Shown: one piece after another, positions 34,232 through 42,847 of the stretch
Numbering within the stretch: position 1 is the first letter of the stretch
Layout: the number at the start of each line of letters is the position of its first letter
IMG/VR virus record: IMGVR_UViG_3300023065_000152
Coordinates: 1 to 48,585 of that record
DNA length: 48,585 bases
DNA from: a virus
Lineage: Duplodnaviria > Caudoviricetes
Reading direction: 5' to 3' (one strand)
Made by a program: the position numbers and the translations under genes
Notes under the pieces: generated by a model
Databases searched by the model: none
What the model was told of the DNA's origin: nothing
The model's input: only the letters and a program-made list of their open reading frames with translations

Positions 34232-34636
34232 ATGGCACGCAAAGAGATTTTCTACACCGTCGAAGATAAAGGCCGTGATAATGGGAAGGTTTTCTACATT
34301 CGCGAAATGTCTGCTACTCAGGCTGAGTGGTGGGCAATTCGTGCCGGACTGGCAATGGCTAAAAACGGCGTTAATCTTCCGGATAACTTTTCAGATATGG
34401 GTATGGCAGGCATGGCGAAGGTCGGCCTCGAAATGGTGGCTAAAATCCCTCCAGAGGATGCACGGCCTCTCCTGGACGAGCTGATGAAGTGCGTTCAGGC
34501 AGTGCCAAACCCAGCAGATCAAAACATCAAGCGACCACTGATTGATGATGACACTGAAGAAGTTATGACGCGCCTAAAACTTCGCGGTGAAGTCTTTAAG
34601 CTGCACGTCGATTTTTTGACCGCCGCCGCCAGTTAG
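34232..34636 (+). CDS. Tail assembly chaperone (G-like)
   Basis: Between tube and tape measure; slippery T TTT TTG at 34612-34618. Confidence 0.75.
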   Translation: MARKEIFYTVEDKGRDNGKVFYIREMSATQAEWWAIRAGLAMAKNGVNLPDNFSDMGMAGMAKVGLEMVAKIPPEDARPLLDELMKCVQAVPNPADQNIKRPLIDDDTEEVMTRLKLRGEVFKLHVDFLTAAAS

Positions 34637-34650
34637 ACATCCCTCCGGTA

Positions 34651-34848
34651 ATGGGTCAGCAAATCGCTGGCCTGACCGACTATGCCAACGTACCTAAAAC
34701 AATAGCGACGGTTTTGTCTTCGGGTAAGTGCTCGTTGACAGAACTAAGCACAACGCTTGGCGTAGAGGATATGTGGTGGTGGCTTGAGATAATCACAGTC
34801 GACAATTACAACCAAATGGTCATCAACAGGGCTCAGGAGAATGGCTGA
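34651..34848 (+). CDS. Tail assembly chaperone frameshift extension (T-like)
   Basis: In the -1 frame relative to 34232 and open from the slippery site. Confidence 0.7.
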   Translation: MGQQIAGLTDYANVPKTIATVLSSGKCSLTELSTTLGVEDMWWWLEIITVDNYNQMVINRAQENG

Positions 34849-36626
34849 TGCCAACGATTATTGACTCACTGGTAGTCACTCTTGGTCTTGACTCTTCCGG
34901 ATTCAAGAAAGGCCAGACAGAAGTAAAAAAAGGCCTGGACGATACCAGAAAGAATGCTGACCAGACAGCTAAAGACATGGAGGCCGCAGGTAAAAGAGCG
35001 GCCTCTTTTTTTGGCTCAATCAGAACAGAATTACTTGCGCTGGTAGGCGTTACTTTATCGGCGCAGGGTATCAAGACCTTCATCACCAACATGACATCGG
35101 ATTTGATGCGATTGGGGATTGAATCTCGCGCTCTGGATATCTCAGCTAAGTCTCTTGATGGATGGGAGAGAGCAGCGGCGGCAGCCGGTTCAACTGCAGA
35201 GCGCATGGCAGGCACGCTGGGTAACTTCCAGAAGACGCTGACAAACATTCGCACCGGTGGCGGACAGGACGATCCGCTTTTCGGCGCTCTGGCCTCATTC
35301 GCCGGTGCAACAGGCGCTAACTTCGACTACCAGAACGACAACGCCGAAAAAATCATGCGCAAGATTGCCAGTAACTGGGGCAAGTTGAGTAAAGATGCTC
35401 AGCGCAGATTTGGCGGCATGTTTGGCTTTGACAATGCCACTCAGCAGGGGCTTGCTAACGGTTCGCTGGTTCAGGATGCAGATCGGTTTGCGAAGATATC
35501 ACGAGCCACTGATGAAGCAACTAAAAAGGCTCTGGAGTTTAACCGCCGCCTGCAGGAGATGAAGCAGAACTTTGCTGCGGCGTCTCAGGTGCTGTACGAA
35601 GCGCTTATTCCATACATCGAGAAGCTAATTCCCCTGATTGAGAAATTCGGGATATGGATTAGCACTCACGGACCTGAAATAAGCAAATTCTTCTCCGAAA
35701 CAGCAGATGAAATTAATAAGGTTGTTGATGCTGTAGGCGGGCTTGAAAATGCGCTGAAACTGCTTCTGGTGTTTGTTGGCGGGAAGTGGCTGTTAGGCAT
35801 GACCGCATCGATTGGCGGGGTAAGAGGGGCAATGCTCGCCCTCGGCCGCTTGAGTCTCATTGCCGGGCTTGTCGAATTACAAAAGTACGCTGAGCAGCTT
35901 GAGAAGAAGTACTCCTGGCTTACCAATAACCCCGTGGCGGATTTCCTGAATAGCGGTGCAGGTACAGATACAACTACGGAGTGGGGAAAGCAACTTCACG
36001 ACTGGATATTTGAGAAGACTGGAATACAGCTTCCTCGCGGTGACGGATACAAGTCAGCTCCTCGCGGCATACGCAATAATAACCCTGGCAATCTGAACTA
36101 TGCCAATCAGTCTGGCGCAACGATGGAAGGAGGAGAAGGCGGTCGCTTTGCCGTATTCGAGTCAATGCAGCACGGAATTGCAGCGCTATATAAGCAACTT
36201 CAGCTGTACTTCAAGCGCGGTATCAACACTCTTTCTTCAATCGTCAAAACCTACGCTCCGGCATCAGACAATAACAACGTCGATGCTTATATCTCTGCGC
36301 TTTCAAAAGCGACAGGAAAAGGCGCTAACGAGGTGCTGGATTCAGGAGACACGGCAACGATGGCCAGGTTGATGAAGGGGATTGTCGACCATGAGAACGG
36401 GAAGGGCTACATCAGCTCATCTGACATCATGGGGGGCATTCAGTTAGGAGCAGGGTCATCGGCATCTCGCAATATGCCAGCGGCCGCAGGAAGCCAGACC
36501 AACATCAATATCGGAAAAATCGACATGCAGACATCGGCCGGAAACGCCAATGCTCTGGGTGCTGATATCCAGAGAAACCTTCAGAGAAACCGACTGGTAA
36601 ATCCAGCAATGTCAGGGCAGGGATAA
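34848..36626 (+). CDS. Tape measure protein with C-terminal lysozyme-like domain
   Basis: Ala-rich helical body; RGIRNNNPGNL...FAVF...YAP...N-x-x-AY...HENG. Confidence 0.85.
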   Translation: MPTIIDSLVVTLGLDSSGFKKGQTEVKKGLDDTRKNADQTAKDMEAAGKRAASFFGSIRTELLALVGVTLSAQGIKTFITNMTSDLMRLGIESRALDISAKSLDGWERAAAAAGSTAERMAGTLGNFQKTLTNIRTGGGQDDPLFGALASFAGATGANFDYQNDNAEKIMRKIASNWGKLSKDAQRRFGGMFGFDNATQQGLANGSLVQDADRFAKISRATDEATKKALEFNRRLQEMKQNFAAASQVLYEALIPYIEKLIPLIEKFGIWISTHGPEISKFFSETADEINKVVDAVGGLENALKLLLVFVGGKWLLGMTASIGGVRGAMLALGRLSLIAGLVELQKYAEQLEKKYSWLTNNPVADFLNSGAGTDTTTEWGKQLHDWIFEKTGIQLPRGDGYKSAPRGIRNNNPGNLNYANQSGATMEGGEGGRFAVFESMQHGIAALYKQLQLYFKRGINTLSSIVKTYAPASDNNNVDAYISALSKATGKGANEVLDSGDTATMARLMKGIVDHENGKGYISSSDIMGGIQLGAGSSASRNMPAAAGSQTNINIGKIDMQTSAGNANALGADIQRNLQRNRLVNPAMSGQG

Positions 36627-36627
36627 T

Positions 36628-37431
36628 ATGGCCTTTTCACTGAACGAAACAACGCTACTCAGCGCGATAAACAGCGGCAATATCTTTTCCATAATCAACA
36701 GTACCCTTTCGCCTGGTTACGGGATTTACCTTAAATCAGGCTTAAGGGCATTGTCTCCTTCATCGTTTCTTGGGATTGAGTATGGGGCAGATGCTTCAGT
36801 GGTATCTGCTCCAATTGAGCAAGGTTCTTACAGCAGCTTTAACAAGGTAAAACGGCCGCCAATTATCCGGGTGCTGTTTACGCTGGAAGGATGGACGGGA
36901 TTTAGCGGTAGCATCCCTAATCTGACAAACTTCACCCTGACGAGTCGCTCAGACATGCTGGCTGCGCTTGATGCGATGGTTGCTGATGCACAGGTGTACG
37001 ACATCGAGACTCCGGACACGACATATGAAGACTATGACCTGGTTAGATACAATTACCGGACATCAGATCGCGATGTGACCCTTCTGACAGTGGAAGCCAT
37101 CTTCCAGGCTGTTTTGCAGGAAGCTGAAGTAACCCTGACAAGCACTACAGCCAATAGCAACACTACATCAAACGGCACAAGCAAGGCAGCCAGCGTCGTT
37201 ACGGAGAAGGCAAACTCAACAGCCACTAACTCAACTCTTGAAGATGTCAAAGGCGCGCTAACCGGCCTGAAAGAGTCAGTGTCCAGTGCTGCAACAACCG
37301 TAGCCACTTCCGTAACGAATGCCGTTAGCAATGCAACATCAGGTGCGACAAGTGCCATCAATGGCGCGGCAACATCGGCCATTAAAAACCTTGCGACAAC
37401 GGTGGATGAACTGGTAGCGGGGTTATCCTGA
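36628..37431 (+). CDS. Baseplate/tube initiator (Dit-like)
   Basis: PIEQGSYSSFNKV; directly after the tape measure gene. Confidence 0.65.
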   Translation: MAFSLNETTLLSAINSGNIFSIINSTLSPGYGIYLKSGLRALSPSSFLGIEYGADASVVSAPIEQGSYSSFNKVKRPPIIRVLFTLEGWTGFSGSIPNLTNFTLTSRSDMLAALDAMVADAQVYDIETPDTTYEDYDLVRYNYRTSDRDVTLLTVEAIFQAVLQEAEVTLTSTTANSNTTSNGTSKAASVVTEKANSTATNSTLEDVKGALTGLKESVSSAATTVATSVTNAVSNATSGATSAINGAATSAIKNLATTVDELVAGLS

Positions 37432-37736
37432 TGCAGAACATTTCTCTCAAGCCTCTTAAGGCTCAGGAAGTAAGCGTTAACCTTGATGGTCAGTCGGTAA
37501 CCTTGCGCATCGTACAGCGCTCTACAGGCATGTTCATTGACGTTGGCTTAGATAATTTGTGGATAGCTCAGGGCGTTCTTTGCCATAACTGCAACAAGAT
37601 AGTCCGCTACCCCTATCTGGGCTTTAAGGGGGAGCTTTTCTTCGCTGATACCAAAGGAAGCCTTGACCCTGTTTATGACGAGCTCGGGACGCGATTCAAG
37701 CTGTTCTACGCCACGGCAGATGAGATGGCAGCATGA
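37431..37736 (+). CDS. Baseplate protein
   Basis: 101 aa; position. Confidence 0.6.
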   Translation: MQNISLKPLKAQEVSVNLDGQSVTLRIVQRSTGMFIDVGLDNLWIAQGVLCHNCNKIVRYPYLGFKGELFFADTKGSLDPVYDELGTRFKLFYATADEMAA

Positions 37737-38587
37737 CCTATAAAAAGAGAACGCTGAAATTTCAGTTCACGCTGAAAGACGGTGCTTTCGATGAGTCAGG
37801 AAACAATATCCTGACCATCGACAACATCAAGGCAGAAATAGAGATAGGTGCTTACGGCGGGATATCAGGAACGACACTGGAAGCAAGGGTGTTTGGACTG
37901 AGCATCGAAAACATGGCCCTGCTGAGCTACAAGGGCATCCAGTTAAACGGTGCCAAGCAGAACATGATGAAGGTTTGGGCAGATGACAGGCCGGTATTCT
38001 TCGGCTCTATCACTAACTGCTTTGCCGACCTTAACCAGATGCCAGATGCGCCATTGATAATCAGCGCTTTCTCCACTGGTTTCGACCAGTCAATTACTGC
38101 CCCGCCATTCTCAAAAGAAGGCATTGCAAGCGTTGCTGAAATTATCACGACAATAGCAGCAAGTATTGGCTATACGGTGGTTAACAACGGCGTGCTGGCG
38201 AAGCTTGAAAATCCTTACTTCGAAGGCAACCCGATAGCACAGATTCAGCAGTGCGCTCACGCGGCAGGCATCGAGATTGATTTCAGGCTGGGAGCTATTT
38301 ACATCTGGCCGCAGGGTGGAAGCATCGACGACACAATGCCTCTCATATCACCAGAGCACGGCTTAATTGGATATCCGGTATTCAGTAACTACGGGATTAA
38401 CTTCCAGTGCCAGTACAGCGATCTGATTTTGCGAGGTCGCAAGGTGCAGATAGAAACCTCATTACCAAACGGCAGCGGGGTTTATACGGTGCAGTCGGCA
38501 ATTCACCATCTTTCGACATGGACTGAAGGCGCTCCGTGGGCAACCATCGTTTGGGCATCTATCGGGCAGCTAACAGTGAGGCAGTAA
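37733..38587 (+). CDS. Baseplate hub protein
   Basis: ISPEHGLIGYP motif; position before the spike gene. Confidence 0.7.
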   Translation: MTYKKRTLKFQFTLKDGAFDESGNNILTIDNIKAEIEIGAYGGISGTTLEARVFGLSIENMALLSYKGIQLNGAKQNMMKVWADDRPVFFGSITNCFADLNQMPDAPLIISAFSTGFDQSITAPPFSKEGIASVAEIITTIAASIGYTVVNNGVLAKLENPYFEGNPIAQIQQCAHAAGIEIDFRLGAIYIWPQGGSIDDTMPLISPEHGLIGYPVFSNYGINFQCQYSDLILRGRKVQIETSLPNGSGVYTVQSAIHHLSTWTEGAPWATIVWASIGQLTVRQ

Positions 38588-39288
38588 TGAACCTATTTAC
38601 TACGCGGCCTCAGGACACGGCAACCGATGCCAATTCTCAGCAATTCCTGATGCATCAGTTTCTGATGGGGAAGTCATTCATCACGTTGGCGATCGTAACT
38701 TCGGTTAATGAATCCGGAGAAGTCGTATCAGTGAAACCAATGGTGGAGGGGTTCACTGGAGGTGGAGACCTCATTCCGAACTCGGTGATTCACGGCGTTC
38801 CGGTCTGGCGACTGCAGCGCGGTGCCAGCGCCGTAATCATGCCTCCCGTAGAGGGAGACATTGGTCTTATTGCCATTTGCGATCGCGATATCACGGCCGT
38901 GAAGAAGACAAAGCAGTCAGCACTGCCCGGTTCAAATCGCACCCACAGTTATTCGGATGCCATCTATCTAGGTGGGGTGCTGAACGCCGAACCAAGCCAG
39001 TATGTGAAGTTTGCCAATGATGGGATTGATATCGTTTCTCCTCTGGTTGTCCAGGTTAATGGGAACACTGTTGTAGTCAATGCTGACGACAAAATATCCC
39101 TGAATGCCCCCATCATTGAGGCAAACGGACAGCTTACACAGGGCTCAGGTAGCTTTGGTGGTAATGCGACATTTGGAGGTACGATTACCGCAACCGGAGA
39201 AGTCACAGGAAATGGCATCCATCTTAGTACGCACAAACACGGCGGCGTACAAACAGGCTCCGGAAGCACCGGAACGCCAACAAACTAA
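38587..39288 (+). CDS. Baseplate central spike (gp138/gpV-like)
   Basis: P-x-x-GDIGL...DRDI; C-terminal HKH metal-binding tip. Confidence 0.85.
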   Translation: MNLFTTRPQDTATDANSQQFLMHQFLMGKSFITLAIVTSVNESGEVVSVKPMVEGFTGGGDLIPNSVIHGVPVWRLQRGASAVIMPPVEGDIGLIAICDRDITAVKKTKQSALPGSNRTHSYSDAIYLGGVLNAEPSQYVKFANDGIDIVSPLVVQVNGNTVVVNADDKISLNAPIIEANGQLTQGSGSFGGNATFGGTITATGEVTGNGIHLSTHKHGGVQTGSGSTGTPTN

Positions 39289-39310
39289 CCCGCTTCGGCG
39301 GGTTTTTTAT
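39287..39310 (+). terminator. Rho-independent terminator
   Basis: ACCCGC-TTCG-GCGGGT plus T-run. Confidence 0.8.
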
Positions 39311-39324
39311 TGCCCGGAGTTTAC

Positions 39325-39681
39325 ATGCTCACCAAATCACTGCTTTTGACTGACCAGTGGGATATCACGCTAGACGACACCGGAAGCATGGCTATAACCG
39401 CCAATCCCTATGCAGTAGCGCAGGACGTAGCATGCGCGTGCTCAACCTTCCTGGGAGAGCCCTGGTATGACACCACGCTTGGGATTCCGTATTACGAGCG
39501 GATTCTCGGGCGCTGGCCAGGAACGCAGCTCATCAATACCAAAATGGCTACAGAGGCCAAAAAGCTCCCATATGTTCAGGCTGCATTCTGCGCCACCACA
39601 GTTGGCAAAGCAGATCGCCTTGCATCCGGCGTGATGACCATAACAGACACGAACAACGTTCAGACCACAATCCAATTCTGA
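39325..39681 (+). CDS. Baseplate wedge subunit (gp25/gp46-like)
   Basis: FLGEPWYDTTLGIPY; GGAG RBS before ATG 39325. Confidence 0.7.
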   Translation: MLTKSLLLTDQWDITLDDTGSMAITANPYAVAQDVACACSTFLGEPWYDTTLGIPYYERILGRWPGTQLINTKMATEAKKLPYVQAAFCATTVGKADRLASGVMTITDTNNVQTTIQF

Positions 39682-39689
39682 GGTAACAA

Positions 39690-40922
39690 ATGGCTGAAGT
39701 AACAGTTAGCACAGCCGTCCCCTCTGTCACGTTTTCCGCTACCGGCATTGCCGTTCCTGATGAGATAGACATTCTCAACGGGCGATTAACTGACCTTGAT
39801 ACCGCCATGGGCGGAGGGATGAGTAAGAGTCTGACGACTCCACAGGGACAGATTGCTATGAGCGACACGGCAATCATCGGAGACAAGAACGACAATCTGG
39901 CATGGCTGGTTAACCAGATTAACCCTGACTTTGCTGAAGGTCGCATGCAGGATGCGATCGGACAGATTTACTTCATTGACCGTATTGCTGCGATTGGCAC
40001 AACGGTAACCGCTACGTGTACAGGTCTTGTTGGAACGGTTATCCCGGCAAACAGCATCGCTCAGGATTCCAGTGGTTATCTTTACTTCTCTCTGGCTGAC
40101 GCCGTAATCACTTCTTCAGGGTCTGTCGATGTCGTGTTCCAGAATCAGTCATCAGGACCTATTGCTTGCCCTATCGGCGCGCTGAACACTATTTACCGCG
40201 CAATACAGGGATGGTCTGGCATTACTAACGCCACCGCTGGCGTGCTGGGAAATGAGGTGGAGAGCCGGGCTAACTTTGAGTATCGCCGCAAGCAGTCTGT
40301 AGCTGGAAACTCAAACAATCAGCTCGGGGCTGTATACGCAAACGTGCTGGCTGTCGGCGGGGTAACTGACGCATATGTTACACAGAATAACACAAGCCTG
40401 ACTGTAACTAAGGGATTCACTAACGTCTCACTGGAGCCGCATTCACTCTATGTATGCGTGTATGGAGGTGCATCTGCAGATATTGCAAACGCGATCTGGC
40501 AAAAACTACCTCCTGGTCCATCAATGGTGGGTAACACGAACTACACGGTGGTTGATGATGTTAACTATGTTCAGCCATACCCTGAGTACGAAATTAAGTG
40601 GCAGACACCTTCTGCAGTAAGCGTCTACTTCAAGGTTGAACTTGCAGACAACAACGCATTGCCTGGCGATATCGTCAACAGAGTTAGAGCCGCCATCCTT
40701 AGCTCTTTTAATGGCGAGGATGGCGGAACACGAGCGCGTATTGGCTCAACCATTTATGCCGGTCGTTACTATGCAGGCGTTCAGGCAATAGACAGTGATA
40801 ACGTAGATATCTTCAGCATCACCATCAGCCGTGATGGCACTACCTATCAAACCTCAGCATCCTTTGGCATTGATGAAGTGCCAACACTGGATGCATCAAA
40901 CATCTCGGTGACACTGGCATGA
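39690..40922 (+). CDS. Baseplate J-like protein
   Basis: GWSGITN...G-x-EVES-x-x-x-F-x-x-RR; GVTDA. Confidence 0.88.
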   Translation: MAEVTVSTAVPSVTFSATGIAVPDEIDILNGRLTDLDTAMGGGMSKSLTTPQGQIAMSDTAIIGDKNDNLAWLVNQINPDFAEGRMQDAIGQIYFIDRIAAIGTTVTATCTGLVGTVIPANSIAQDSSGYLYFSLADAVITSSGSVDVVFQNQSSGPIACPIGALNTIYRAIQGWSGITNATAGVLGNEVESRANFEYRRKQSVAGNSNNQLGAVYANVLAVGGVTDAYVTQNNTSLTVTKGFTNVSLEPHSLYVCVYGGASADIANAIWQKLPPGPSMVGNTNYTVVDDVNYVQPYPEYEIKWQTPSAVSVYFKVELADNNALPGDIVNRVRAAILSSFNGEDGGTRARIGSTIYAGRYYAGVQAIDSDNVDIFSITISRDGTTYQTSASFGIDEVPTLDASNISVTLA

Positions 40923-41506
40923 TAAACGTCGCGGATACCATCCTGACGCAATATGCCGACAGCCCGAAGTTAAAATCCCTGATTTATTCGTTCAATGAAG
41001 CGGTAGGTATTGAAGGTTTTCTGGATGATTTCTATGACGTTATATGGAACATCCAGACAGCCGATACCTACGGCCTGGACGTATGGGGAAAAATAGTGGT
41101 TGTCAGCAGACAGCTGACGGTAACAGAGAACCAGATATATTTCGGTTTTAATGAGGCTTCATCGACACCACCAGTAGTGGATGATCCACAGCCATTCAAC
41201 CAGGCACCTTTTTACTCTGGCGAGCTTTTAACATCCACCGTAACTCTTTCAAATGATGCCTATCGTAAGCTCATCATGATGAAAGCTGCAGCAAACATCT
41301 CCGACTGCACAATCCCAAACCTAAACAAACTTCTTACCTTTATGTTTGGTGATAGTGGCCGCTGTTACGTTCGAAACGATGGGGACCTGGTAATGAGCTA
41401 TGTATTCGAATTTGCTCTTTCCACATCGGAACTCGCAATAGTTCAAAGCTCAGGCGCACTTCCCTCCCCAATCGGGGTAACTGTTAATATTGTTCAGCAG
41501 GTATGA
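40919..41506 (+). CDS. Baseplate protein (DUF2612-like)
   Basis: QYADSPKL; GLDVWGKIV; YRKLIMMKAAAN; LPSPIGV. Confidence 0.8.
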   Translation: MINVADTILTQYADSPKLKSLIYSFNEAVGIEGFLDDFYDVIWNIQTADTYGLDVWGKIVVVSRQLTVTENQIYFGFNEASSTPPVVDDPQPFNQAPFYSGELLTSTVTLSNDAYRKLIMMKAAANISDCTIPNLNKLLTFMFGDSGRCYVRNDGDLVMSYVFEFALSTSELAIVQSSGALPSPIGVTVNIVQQV

Positions 41507-41507
41507 C

Positions 41508-42788
41508 ATGAACTCCTCAGACTCACCATCGAAAATAATCAAAGCCTTTGGTGTTAATGGGCTAAAAAACACCATTCCTGTTGATTCAAGCACGACGACG
41601 GATAACAACGGTGTAGCCACTTTTGATAAAGGCTTCCCGCCGATTACCATGCAGCCTTTGAGTGCGGGTGGCATTCCTCCGTCCGGCAAAGATGTGAATG
41701 GCGTGCTGTATTCAGTAACAATTCAGCAGCAATGGCAAAACGCAGGCATGGGATATCTGTTCGATTCAACCTATGCTTCAAATATCTCTGGATATCCACA
41801 AGGTGCCACTATTCCCTCAAGTGATTATTCTGGTTTCTGGATTAACACAACTAACGGGAATGCAAATAATCCAGAAGGCACTACAGCCCTTCCTACCGGA
41901 TGGGTGCCTGGATATGCATATGGTAGTTCCTCTGTAACGATTTCTACCGCCAATGTGAACCTGAGTGACATCCTGGCCGCGAAAAAAAGAATAATCCTTT
42001 CAGGAACGCTAACTGGCAATCGGATCCTTTATCTTCCGCAATGGGTAAAGGACTGGACAATTGAAAACAACTGCACGGGCTCTGGATTCTCCGTAATTCT
42101 TAGCACAAGAGCGGCAGGAACTACCGTTCAGTCATTGCCAGGAACAGTTATTAATATTCATTCAGATGGAACGGATATCAGTAATTATGCAGAGCCAAGG
42201 GGGAGAGCAGTATTCCTTTCTTCCGGTTCGTTTGTTGCCCCGCAGGGTGTTACCAGAATAAAGGTGACAGTGACTGCAGGTGGTGGCAGCGGCTCAGGGT
42301 GCAGAGGAACCAGCACCGCACAAACTGTTAGTGGGTCTGGTGGCGGGGCGGGTGGGACAGTAATCACATGGATTAACGTAATCCCCGGAACCTCCTATCC
42401 CGTTGTTGTCGGCAGTGGAGGAAACGCGGTATCCGGTGCGGTAAATGGAAATAATGGCGGTAACTCATCTTTCAATTCCACAGCGCTCGCCACTGGAGGT
42501 CTTGGTGGCACTGCTGGCGGCGGCGGTGGTAATGGTGGTAGCGGCTCAGGTGCGGATATTGTTATTGCCGGTGGTGATGGAAGTGACGGGCAGTCTGGTG
42601 ACTTTATATTTTCAGGAAATGGCGGCGCTTCTATTTGGGGTGGCGGCAGCAGGGCTGGCAATGGCGGCCCGGGAAGAGCGGCCTTAGCGTATGGCTCTGG
42701 CGGTGGCGGTGTCTATGATAGCAGCATGACAGGCGCTTCAAGAACATCAGGTGCTGGAGCTCCAGGCATCGTAGTAATCGAATACTAA
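41508..42788 (+). CDS. Tail fibre protein with Gly-rich C-terminal domain
   Basis: GFPPITMQP...GGIPP-x-GKD baseplate-anchor N-terminus; GGG repeats ending GIVVIEY. Confidence 0.8.
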   Translation: MNSSDSPSKIIKAFGVNGLKNTIPVDSSTTTDNNGVATFDKGFPPITMQPLSAGGIPPSGKDVNGVLYSVTIQQQWQNAGMGYLFDSTYASNISGYPQGATIPSSDYSGFWINTTNGNANNPEGTTALPTGWVPGYAYGSSSVTISTANVNLSDILAAKKRIILSGTLTGNRILYLPQWVKDWTIENNCTGSGFSVILSTRAAGTTVQSLPGTVINIHSDGTDISNYAEPRGRAVFLSSGSFVAPQGVTRIKVTVTAGGGSGSGCRGTSTAQTVSGSGGGAGGTVITWINVIPGTSYPVVVGSGGNAVSGAVNGNNGGNSSFNSTALATGGLGGTAGGGGGNGGSGSGADIVIAGGDGSDGQSGDFIFSGNGGASIWGGGSRAGNGGPGRAALAYGSGGGGVYDSSMTGASRTSGAGAPGIVVIEY

Positions 42789-42806
42789 TCTGACTTCAAT
42801 CTAATA

Positions 42807-42832
42807 AACCTCGCTTATGCGGGGTTTTTTAT
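42807..42832 (+). terminator. Rho-independent terminator
   Basis: CCTCGC-TTAT-GCGGGG plus T-run. Confidence 0.75.
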
Positions 42833-42847
42833 TTTCAGGAACCGCAA

